A DNA stretch of 32,000 nt from the NCBI RefSeq assembly GCF_900289195.1, contig NZ_OMOH01000007.1, positions 1 through 32,000 on the forward strand, given 5' to 3'. Shown piece by piece: positions 1 through 7,333 of the stretch. This DNA comes from Propionibacterium ruminifibrarum (GTDB lineage: Bacteria > Actinomycetota > Actinomycetes > Propionibacteriales > Propionibacteriaceae). The position numbers and the translations under genes are program-made. Within the stretch, counting starts at the first letter, position 1. Each line of letters starts with the position of its first letter. The notes beneath the pieces are model-generated. The model was not told where the DNA came from and made no database searches. It worked only from the letters and a program-made list of their open reading frames with translations.

Positions 1-114
1 GACTGGCCGCTCATGAAGCGGATCACCGCCCGCATCCTGGCCCAGGTGTCCGGCGTGTGCCGCGTGGCCTACGACCTCACCCCCAAGCCCGTGGGCACCA
101 TCGAATGGGAGTGA
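1..114 (+). CDS. 3' end of an upstream gene, product not recognised
   Basis: Frame is open from the window edge (...DWPLMKRITARILAQVSGVCRVAYDLTPKPVGTIEWE) with TGA at 112-114. Only 37 codons are visible and none forms a diagnostic motif. Confidence 0.4.
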   Translation, partial: DWPLMKRITARILAQVSGVCRVAYDLTPKPVGTIEWE

Positions 115-167
115 GTCTCGTGGATGAGCCACCATCCGCGGGTACGTGCGAAAGGTGACGGCCGCTA

Positions 168-704
168 TTGGGAACTCGGGACGCCATACGGGAAACGTTC
201 ATGGACATCTACGCCCGCGAGCGCTTGGACCGCATGACGGTGAAGGCCCTCTGCGCGGCAGTTCCGGTGGCCCGCACCACGTTCTACGCGCACTACCGCA
301 ATCTTGACGACGTGCTCGTCGAGGTTGAGGACGAACTCCTCGCCGGCTTGGGCGAGGTCACGGACCGCGTCTCCGATGGCGACCTTCCCGGCATGGACTT
401 CGGCGTCTTCCTGGACGAGACCTTCGGCTTCGTCGAGGAGAGGTGGTCGGATTTTCGGACACTGCTCGTCGTGCAGCCCGATGCCCGCTTCGTGGCCAGG
501 TGGAAGGACGCGATCAAGACCAACTTCGCCCGGCGCTACCCGTCATCGCGGATGCAACCCAACCGGGACCTGCTCGCCGAGATGGGCGCCTCCGCTGCCA
601 TCGGCGCCTACACCTGGTGGATGGAGCATCCTGAGACGACCGGCGTCGAGGACGCGAAGCGCCTCGTCGAGCGGGCACTCTCCGCTGTCATGGCAACGCT
701 GTAG
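168..704 (+). CDS. TetR/AcrR family transcriptional regulator
   Basis: N-terminal HTH reads MTVKALCAAVPVARTTFYAHYRNLDDVL, the typical TetR TFY motif. An in-frame stop at 156-158 leaves only TTG 168 or ATG 201 as starts. 168 keeps helix 1 intact. Confidence 0.8.
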   Translation: MGTRDAIRETFMDIYARERLDRMTVKALCAAVPVARTTFYAHYRNLDDVLVEVEDELLAGLGEVTDRVSDGDLPGMDFGVFLDETFGFVEERWSDFRTLLVVQPDARFVARWKDAIKTNFARRYPSSRMQPNRDLLAEMGASAAIGAYTWWMEHPETTGVEDAKRLVERALSAVMATL

Positions 705-879
705 AACGTCCCCCGCCAAGTCCGAACACTCCCGCCCTCCGTGTCGTGTTCGCAGGCGCCTTCTTCACGTTGAATGGGGTCGACACATTCCGATGACCGG
801 CGAGCGGGAGACGCCCATTGGCGGGCGGCGACGTCCACGTGTCCCGCCGAGACGGCCGTCACGAGAAAGGAAATGAGCG

Positions 880-1659
880 ATGGCACACAGCAGGCCGACG
901 GCCCTGGTCACGGGTGCATCCGGCGGTCTTGGGGCCGAGGTCGCCCGCGTACTCGCAGGCGAGGGCTTCGACCTCGTGCTCGTGGCCCGTAACGAGGGCA
1001 AGCTCCTCGCCTTGGAGAACGAACTGGAGGACGGGTACGGCATACACGCTCACGTCTGCCCGGCAGACCTCTCGCGCGAGAATGAGGCGCTCGATGTATA
1101 CGATTTCGTTCTCGAACATGAGCTGAACGTCGATGTGCTCGTGAACAACGCGGGCTTCGGCGACTCAGGGACATTCCATCGTGCCGATTGGGCCCGGCAG
1201 CGAGACATGGTGCAGGTCAATGTGGTCGCACTGATGCAGCTCACCCGGCTGCTGGTGCCGCCCATGGTGGAACGCGGGACGGGCATGGTCCTCAACCTCT
1301 CGTCGGTCGCCGCGTTCAGCGCAGGACCGTACATGAGTACCTACTACGCCACCAAGGCGTACGTGCTCAGCTTCTCCGAGGCTCTTCATGAGGAGTTGGC
1401 TGGTACGGGCGTCACCGTGACGGCGCTGTGCCCGGGCCCCACCGCCACCGGCTTCGAGTCCGCAGCCGCCATGAGCTCGGGTTCTGCGATGTTCCGCCAC
1501 GCCGCGAGCGCAGCCGACGTGGCCCGCGACGGCTGGGCCGCCATGCGCAAGGGCAAGGCCGTCTGCCTGCAAGGGGCGTTCACGAAGGCCATGGCGCTTG
1601 GCTCTCGCCTCGTGCCCCGCTCGGTCGCGCGCAAACTGGCCATGCGCATCAACCGGTGA
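880..1659 (+). CDS. SDR family short-chain dehydrogenase/reductase
   Basis: Carries TGASGGLG cofactor motif, NNAG, and catalytic YYATKAY (YxxxK). RBS GAAAGGAAA lies upstream of ATG 880. Confidence 0.9.
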   Translation: MAHSRPTALVTGASGGLGAEVARVLAGEGFDLVLVARNEGKLLALENELEDGYGIHAHVCPADLSRENEALDVYDFVLEHELNVDVLVNNAGFGDSGTFHRADWARQRDMVQVNVVALMQLTRLLVPPMVERGTGMVLNLSSVAAFSAGPYMSTYYATKAYVLSFSEALHEELAGTGVTVTALCPGPTATGFESAAAMSSGSAMFRHAASAADVARDGWAAMRKGKAVCLQGAFTKAMALGSRLVPRSVARKLAMRINR

Positions 1660-1911
1660 CGGTTCACCTGGCATTGTCCGCCGGGGCACGTGCCCTCTCT
1701 GTTCCCGGGAGTTCAGGGGGCGGAGGACGGCGCCTCATGATGCTGGCGCATGCTCCAGGAATTGCGCGAGACCGGCCGTGCGCACCGTCCTTGGTGTGGA
1801 CATCGCCCATTGCAGCCGTCGCGTAGGTATCCCGACTGGCCGGTGAACACTTACCGGCACGTGCGTGGCAGCACTGTCGATCCCGCCGTTGAGGGACCGC
1901 GCTACGCTGCA

Positions 1912-1934
1912 CCTGTATTACTTAGTGATACAGG
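1912..1934. promoter_or_regulatory. Candidate Rrf2 operator (inverted repeat overlapping the RBS)
   Basis: Perfect 7-bp arms CCTGTAT-N9-ATACAGG sit directly upstream of, and overlap, the AGGAGG RBS of the Rrf2 gene. Confidence 0.35.
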
Positions 1935-1942
1935 AGGTGGCG

Positions 1943-2407
1943 ATGGACACGCGATTCTCAGTGGCGGTGCACGCCCTGGTGCTGGTCTCGCAGGCGGAGG
2001 AGCCGGACGGGCCCATCACGTCAGCCAGGATCGCGACGAGCACGGGCGTGAATGCCAGCTATGTCCGCAAGGTCATGGCCGGTCTCGGGCAGGCCGGAAT
2101 CGTCGGCTCCCACTCGGGGTCGGCCGGCTACCACATGCTCATGGACCCGCGCGAGGTCACGCTTCTGGCAGTTCACGACGCCGCCTGCGGCCACCCGGTG
2201 CATGCCATCGACATGCACCGCAACCCGAACGACGCCTGCGTCGTCGGCCGTCACATCGAACCGGTGCTGACCCCGATGTTCGCCGAGGCTGAGGAGGCTC
2301 TCCGTCGGGCACTCGCCTCCCGCACCCTCGCCGATTGCGTCACCGCCATGCGCGCCCGGCTTTCGCCCGCCGAGCGCGCCGAACTCGACCATGGAGGAAC
2401 CAGATGA
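1943..2407 (+). CDS. Rrf2 family transcriptional regulator
   Basis: MDTRFSVAVHALVLV...ITSARIATSTGVNASYVRKVMAGLGQAGIV is a typical Rrf2 winged HTH. ATG 1943 is preceded by ACAGGAGG. The track ORF opens earlier at 1865 but has no RBS there. Confidence 0.85.
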   Translation: MDTRFSVAVHALVLVSQAEEPDGPITSARIATSTGVNASYVRKVMAGLGQAGIVGSHSGSAGYHMLMDPREVTLLAVHDAACGHPVHAIDMHRNPNDACVVGRHIEPVLTPMFAEAEEALRRALASRTLADCVTAMRARLSPAERAELDHGGTR

Positions 2408-3405
2408 AGGCAGCAGTCCTCATGCGCCACGGCAAGGCGCCCTACGCCGTGCAGGTGAGCGAGGTCCGCGACCCCGACGTCGGGCCGAAGGACGTGCTGG
2501 TGCGCGTGCGTGCCGCCGGCGTGAACCCCCTCGACACGATGATCGCCCGCAAGGAGGTCGCCCTCCTGGTCGGCTATCGCACCCCGCTCATCATGGGCAA
2601 CGAACTGGCCGGCGAGGTGGAGGCCGTCGGTGCCGAGGTGACGCGGGTGCGGGTGGGGCAGCGGGTCATGTGCCGGATGCCGCTGGATGGGATCGGCGCC
2701 TTCGCCGAGTACGCCGCCGTCGACCAGGACGCACTCGCCCCGATTCCCGATGCCTACGGCTTCGAGGAGGCCGCAACCCTGTCACTGACCGCGCTCACCG
2801 CGATGCAGGCCCTCGACCTGCTGGAGGGCGCCGGTGAGGGGGACACCGTGTTCATCTCCGGCGGGACCGGATCGCTGGGCGCCACCGCCATCCCGCTCGC
2901 CGCGGCCCGCGGGCTGCAGGTGATCACCTCAGGCAATGCCCGGCACGAGCAGCGGGTCCGCCGGCTCGGCGCCGCGCGCTTCATCGACTACCGCACCCAG
3001 GACTACGCCGACGTGCTCCACGACGTCGACTTCGTCATCGACTCCCTGGGCGGCGACGAGATGAGGCGTCAGCTGGGCATCATGCGTTCCGGCGGCACCC
3101 TGGTCTCGCTGCGCGGCGGCCCCAACGGCGAATTCGCCCGACGGGCCGGCTACGGCCCTCTCAAGAGGGCACTGTTCACGCTGGCCGGCGCCGGTGCGGA
3201 CCGCGCGGCCGCCAGGCGCGGGCAGCGCTACCGCTTCGTCTTCGTCCACGCCGACGGCGAGCAGCTGGACCGGGCCGCGACGATCCTCGCCGGCCAGAAC
3301 GTGCCCGCACAGGTCGGCCCCACCCTGCCGCTGGCACAGGTGTCCGAGGCTCTGGCCCGCGTCGACGCAGGCGGCGCCGTCGGGAAGATCGTCCTCGTGC
3401 CCTGA
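2404..3405 (+). CDS. MDR-superfamily NAD(P)H:quinone oxidoreductase / zinc-independent alcohol dehydrogenase-like
   Basis: MKAAVL...GVNPLD...GNELAGEV...ISGGTGSLG (Rossmann) pattern. ATG 2404 overlaps the Rrf2 stop as ATGA at 2404-2407, suggesting translational coupling. Confidence 0.9.
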   Translation: MKAAVLMRHGKAPYAVQVSEVRDPDVGPKDVLVRVRAAGVNPLDTMIARKEVALLVGYRTPLIMGNELAGEVEAVGAEVTRVRVGQRVMCRMPLDGIGAFAEYAAVDQDALAPIPDAYGFEEAATLSLTALTAMQALDLLEGAGEGDTVFISGGTGSLGATAIPLAAARGLQVITSGNARHEQRVRRLGAARFIDYRTQDYADVLHDVDFVIDSLGGDEMRRQLGIMRSGGTLVSLRGGPNGEFARRAGYGPLKRALFTLAGAGADRAAARRGQRYRFVFVHADGEQLDRAATILAGQNVPAQVGPTLPLAQVSEALARVDAGGAVGKIVLVP

Positions 3406-3435
3406 GCCGGCGGGGAGGACGGCACCGGCCCGGGT

Positions 3436-4074
3436 TCAGGCCCGCGCCAGCGCCTCGGCGATGGGCTCCGAGCCCCGGCGCATGTCGATGATCCGGCCCA
3501 CGGTCCTCGGCGTGTCGAGGACGCCGACCAGGACCTCGGCCACATCGGGGATGGGGATGCTGCCGTCATGCTCTGGATTCAGTTCGATGCGTCCAGTGCC
3601 GGGCTCGTCCTTCAGGACGCTGGGCCTCACCAGGGTCCACTCCAGGCCCGACAGCCTGGTCAGCCATTCGTCGGCGAAGAACTTCGCGATGTTGTAATTG
3701 GTGATGCTCTTCAAGGACTCCTCGTGCTCCCATTTCTCGGGCTGCAGCGAGAAGATCGAGCTGAGCATGATGAAGCGGCGTGCATCTGCCGCGGCGGCGG
3801 CCCTCATGAGTTTCACGGCGCCGAATGCGTCGGTCTGCAACAGGTCCTTGCCGCGCGAGCCCGCGGTGAAGACGACGGCGTCGCTTCCACGGACCAGATC
3901 GGTCAGCGTCCCCACGTCGGCGTGGAAATCGAGGTTGCGGGCCACGACCCCCGCCGGCCACTGCCGCGACTCGGCGCTGCGCGATGCGGCGACCACCTCG
4001 TGCCCGCGTGCCGCCAGCCGCGTCACCACCTCCTGCCCGACACGGCCGGACGCTCCTGCCACGAATACCCTCAT
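3436..4074 (-). CDS. NAD(P)H-binding protein (atypical SDR / NmrA-like)
   Basis: N-terminus MRVFVAGASGRVGQEVVTRLAARGHEV carries a GxxGxxG Rossmann motif. The ORF is 212 aa. Confidence 0.9.
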   Translation of the reverse strand: MRVFVAGASGRVGQEVVTRLAARGHEVVAASRSAESRQWPAGVVARNLDFHADVGTLTDLVRGSDAVVFTAGSRGKDLLQTDAFGAVKLMRAAAAADARRFIMLSSIFSLQPEKWEHEESLKSITNYNIAKFFADEWLTRLSGLEWTLVRPSVLKDEPGTGRIELNPEHDGSIPIPDVAEVLVGVLDTPRTVGRIIDMRRGSEPIAEALARA

Positions 4075-4104
4075 GTCATTCCTCCTCGTTGCGCCGTTGG
4101 CCGA

Positions 4105-4440
4105 TCACTTGTCGGTGAAGACCTTCGCGGCGATCTTCCAGCCGTCCTCGGTCTTCTTCAGCACGTGGAGGTCCACGTAGTCCGCCCCGTGGAAGTTCTC
4201 CATCGTCACGCGCACGGCCGCGATGTCGTTCACGACGTCGAGTACGTCGATCTGCGCGGTGGACTCGCCGGGGCCGAGTTCGTCCACGGTGTCGAACAGC
4301 GTTTGAATGGGGTCCCCATTGATGGTCGCCCCCGCCAAGAAGGCGGGCCTTTGCGCGTCGCCGCTCACGTTGCCGCCCTCGGTGTAGATCCTCACGCAGT
4401 CGATGATGTCCTGGTAGTCGCGGATGGATGCGTTGGCCAT
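4105..4440 (-). CDS. NTF2-like (SnoaL / lumazine-binding-like) small protein
   Basis: 111 aa cone-fold-like sequence ending ...HVLKKTEDGWKIAAKVFT. It lies 30 nt upstream of the NAD(P)H-binding gene on the same strand, so they probably form an operon. Confidence 0.75.
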   Translation of the reverse strand: MANASIRDYQDIIDCVRIYTEGGNVSGDAQRPAFLAGATINGDPIQTLFDTVDELGPGESTAQIDVLDVVNDIAAVRVTMENFHGADYVDLHVLKKTEDGWKIAAKVFTDK

Positions 4441-4530
4441 GTCAGGGGCCCTCTCTCATGATCGATGTGCGGTCGCGGCGGATGTCCGCGTCTGGTGACG
4501 CACTCTATTGCGACGACGAAGCCTGAACCA

Positions 4531-4553
4531 GTACTGTTTTTGAGAACAGGTAC
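4531..4553. promoter_or_regulatory. Candidate HxlR/DUF24-type operator in a divergent promoter region
   Basis: Imperfect inverted repeat GTACTGTT-TTTGAG-AACAGGTAC (5+3 bp with a 1-nt bulge). It sits between the divergent NTF2-like operon and the HxlR gene. Confidence 0.4.
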
Positions 4554-4575
4554 CTTCTCAGAAGAAAGCAGGGGG

Positions 4576-4932
4576 ATGTCTGATCAGGCGCCGAGCATCG
4601 CGGATGCACAGTTCGAGGGCACCGGCTACAGCTACACGATGTCGCTCATCCGGGGCAAGTACAAGATGGCGATCCTCTACTGTCTGATGGAGTTCCAACC
4701 GGTGCGCTTCAACGAGATGCGCCGCTACCTGGGGAGGATCACCGACAAGACGCTCTCTGCGAACCTGAAAGAACTGGAGGCCGATGGCCTCATAGCGCGC
4801 CAGGAGTATCCGCAGATTCCCCCGAAGGTGGAGTACTCGTTGACCGAACTGGGGGAGTCCCTCATGGAAGTGCTCGACCAACTGTGCACCTGGGGCGAGA
4901 CGCACATGAGCGGGTCAGTGGTGGCGCCATGA
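4576..4932 (+). CDS. HxlR family (MarR-like, DUF24) transcriptional regulator
   Basis: GKYKMAILYCLMEFQPVRFNEMRRYL..ITDKTLSANLKELEADGLIARQEYPQIPPKVEYSLTELG is the canonical HxlR wHTH. ATG 4576 follows AGCAGGGGG. Confidence 0.9.
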   Translation: MSDQAPSIADAQFEGTGYSYTMSLIRGKYKMAILYCLMEFQPVRFNEMRRYLGRITDKTLSANLKELEADGLIARQEYPQIPPKVEYSLTELGESLMEVLDQLCTWGETHMSGSVVAP

Positions 4933-5239
4933 CCCGGTGCGGTGGACGCCATCGGGTCTTGCGCGCGGGGCACCTCTGCGTGGAAGGGTGGAGCGTCCTG
5001 CTTCACCGAGGTCATTCGCACGATGCTGCGACACATGCGCACGCCGCGTCGCTGCCGCATCACCCAGGTCTCACGGCGGCAGGTCCTTGGCCGCCACGAT
5101 CGAACGTCCGGGACGGTGCAGGTCTGGTCGTCGCAGCAGAGCGAGTCGGCGGTGAGCGCAGATTTCGTCTGGGGCGAGCAGCATGCGGGTGCACTCGCCC
5201 TGAGCGGCCGATTCACGAACAGGAGAGGGGAACACGAGC

Positions 5240-6100
5240 ATGGACAAGGTCATGAAGGACGTCGTCGCGTTGGTGGGGGCCGGGGGTATCGGCGTCGCGA
5301 TCGCCCGGCGTGTGGCTCAGGGCAAGCACCTGGTGCTGACCAGCCGTACGCAGGAGGAGGTCGATCGTGTTGCCGCGGACCTGCAGAGGGATGGTTTCGA
5401 CTGCTCGGCCATGGCCTGTGATCTCGGCAGCCGGGAGGACATCTTGGCGGTGATAGCGCACTGTCAGCAATTCGGCCCCATCACCAATGTCATCTGTGCG
5501 GGAGGGGTGAGCCCCTCGCAGGCCCCTATTGCTGAGATCCTGCGCGTCGATCTCTACGGGACATCCGTCCTGCTTGAGGAGTTCGGCAAGGTCATCGCCC
5601 AGGGCGGTTCGGGGGTTGTGGTGTCCAGCCAGTCGGGCCACCGTCTGCCCGCTCTTTCCGCCGAGGAGAACTGGGCGCTCGCCATGACTCCGACAGAGGA
5701 ACTGCTGAATCTGCCCCTCCTCGCCGAGGACAGCGTCGGCACGACGCTGCGTGCCTACCAGTACGCCAAACGGTGCAACGTGCTGCGCGTGCAGAGCCAG
5801 GCGTGTGAGTGGGGCAGGCGCGGTGCGCGCGTGTTCTCCATCTCGCCCGGCATCATCATGACGCCGCTCGCCTTCGATGAACTGAACGGCCCACGCGGCG
5901 AGGGCTACCGCAAGATGCTCGACCTGATGCCTGCGAAGCGCGCCGGCACCGTGGACGAGATGGGAGCGCTCGTGGCCTTCCTCATGGGGCCGGAGGGCAC
6001 CTTCATCACCGGTACCGACATTCTCTGCGACGGCGGATCCACGGCTGCGTACTGGTATGGCGACCTACAGTACCTGCAGGAGGGCTGGAGCCAGTCCTGA
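5240..6100 (+). CDS. SDR family oxidoreductase
   Basis: Carries VGAGGIGVAIARR cofactor motif, VVSSQSG, YQYAKRC (YxxxK) and ITGTDILCDGG. RBS AGGAGAGGGG precedes ATG 5240. Confidence 0.9.
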   Translation: MDKVMKDVVALVGAGGIGVAIARRVAQGKHLVLTSRTQEEVDRVAADLQRDGFDCSAMACDLGSREDILAVIAHCQQFGPITNVICAGGVSPSQAPIAEILRVDLYGTSVLLEEFGKVIAQGGSGVVVSSQSGHRLPALSAEENWALAMTPTEELLNLPLLAEDSVGTTLRAYQYAKRCNVLRVQSQACEWGRRGARVFSISPGIIMTPLAFDELNGPRGEGYRKMLDLMPAKRAGTVDEMGALVAFLMGPEGTFITGTDILCDGGSTAAYWYGDLQYLQEGWSQS

Positions 6101-6145
6101 ACATCGGTGCCAGACGATCCTGTCACAGCGGAGAGGAGATTCCCC

Positions 6146-6934
6146 ATGGTTTACCAAACGAGGTTGACGGCTGACGCCCAGGCGTTTCACGAGAGGATGT
6201 TCCCGGGGTACGAAAGTGACTTCCTGCGCACCGACCCCGAGTTCATCGAGCGCTTCGACAACTTCGCCTTCGACGAAGTCGTCGATGCCGTCCAGCTCGA
6301 CGAGGTCACCCGCTACCTCGGCTGGCTGGCGACGTTGCTCGGCTGCCAGGGCATCGACGAGTACCGTGCCATCGCCCCGGCCGCCCTGCGCAACGGGATC
6401 ACCCCCGTGCAGCTCAAGGAGATCGTCTACCAGGCGGTCGCCTACCTGGGGATCGGTCGTGTCTTCCCCTTCCTGAAGGCCACGAACGAGATCCTCGAGG
6501 CGGCCGGCGTCGAACTACCCCTCGAACCCCAGGCCGGCACGACTCCGGACCTGGACAGCCGCCTCGCCGGGGGAGAACGGGCTCAGGTCGACATCTTCGG
6601 TGAGGGCATGCGCGGCTACAAGGATAAGGGAAACCCCGACTATCCCAAGATCAACGAGTGGCTGGTCGGCAACTGCTTCGGTGACTGGTACACCCGTGGC
6701 GGGCTCGACCTGAAGCAGCGCGAGCTCGTCACCTTCTGCGTCATCGTCGCCCAGGGCGGTGCCGACGCGCAGGCCCGCGGGCATGCCGCCGGGAATCTCT
6801 CGGTGGGTAATTCCCGCGGGCTACTCATCCGGGTCATCGAGTCGAATCTGCCCTTCATCGGCTACCCCCGCACGCTCAACGCCCTCGCGGCCCTCGACGC
6901 CGTCAGCGGTTCGCAGGCGCAGGAGCAGTCCTGA
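6146..6934 (+). CDS. Carboxymuconolactone decarboxylase (AhpD-like) family protein
   Basis: Two-domain CMD-like sequence (FAFDEV..., RELVTFCVIVAQGG...H). ATG 6146 is preceded by GGAGAGGAG. It lies 46 nt downstream of the SDR gene. Confidence 0.8.
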   Translation: MVYQTRLTADAQAFHERMFPGYESDFLRTDPEFIERFDNFAFDEVVDAVQLDEVTRYLGWLATLLGCQGIDEYRAIAPAALRNGITPVQLKEIVYQAVAYLGIGRVFPFLKATNEILEAAGVELPLEPQAGTTPDLDSRLAGGERAQVDIFGEGMRGYKDKGNPDYPKINEWLVGNCFGDWYTRGGLDLKQRELVTFCVIVAQGGADAQARGHAAGNLSVGNSRGLLIRVIESNLPFIGYPRTLNALAALDAVSGSQAQEQS

Positions 6935-6955
6935 CGGAGTTCCCCGCCAGCTGCG

Positions 6956-6998
6956 CGGCGGCCGACCGTCTCATGTGAGGAAGGGCGGTCGGCCGCCG
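6956..6998. terminator. Hairpin between the CMD-family gene and a convergent gene remnant
   Basis: Perfect 12-bp stem CGGCGGCCGACC / GGTCGGCCGCCG with a 19-nt loop. There is no U-tract. Confidence 0.4.
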
Positions 6999-7017
6999 TC
7001 GTTGTGCCCGTCGGCGG

Positions 7018-7210
7018 TCACCCGCCCAGCGTGTAGCGACCGGCGTTGATCGAGGCGATCGCACCGCCGGCGATGAGCGGTCCTGCCGGTGGCCAGTTCG
7101 CCGAGGTTGCTGTTCGACCTTGTCGCTCAGACGCATCATGTGGCCGGCCTGGCTGGAGATGATGAGCCCGGCGCAGCCTCGGGCGAGGACTGGTTGGGGG
7201 AGGCCCCTGC
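7018..7210 (-). pseudogene. Possible decayed SDR-family gene remnant
   Basis: Two minus-strand frames give SDR-like pieces. One reads ...PVLARGCAGLIISSQAGHMM (compare G.G.IvniSS.AG). The other reads ...GPLIAGGAIASINAGRYTLGG* with its stop at 7018-7020. No intact ORF or start joins them. Confidence 0.25.
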
Positions 7211-7244
7211 CGCGTCCTGCTGTGCCGTCCCCGAACGCCAAGTG

Positions 7245-7313
7245 CCCGGTTGGGACGACGCCAACTGCCCGGCTAGAATGACGCCAACTCCTGGGTTGAA
7301 GTTGGTCTTGCGC
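7245..7313 (+). repeat. Three tandem 23-bp direct repeats upstream of the ATPase gene
   Basis: Units start at 7245, 7268 and 7291 and share the core ACGCCAA(G/C)T followed by a (G/C)CC(C/T)GG-like segment. A TAGAAT -10-like hexamer (7284-7289) lies inside unit 2. The ATPase RBS and ATG follow at 7322-7336. Confidence 0.6.
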
Positions 7314-7333
7314 TGGATTGCAGGAGGAGATCG

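Noticed and set aside
1686-1864. Two copies of the palindrome GCACGTGC (1686-1693 within GGGCACGTGCCC, and 1857-1864) in the SDR/Rrf2 intergenic region
   Set aside because: Short GC-rich palindromes are expected by chance at this base composition. The copies are 170 bp apart and nothing links them to a regulator.
4933-5239. 307-bp gap after the HxlR gene with several short ORFs (for example …GECTRMLLAPDEICAHRRL…)
   Set aside because: No frame gives a recognisable domain or a start with an RBS. I treated it as intergenic or promoter DNA for the SDR gene.
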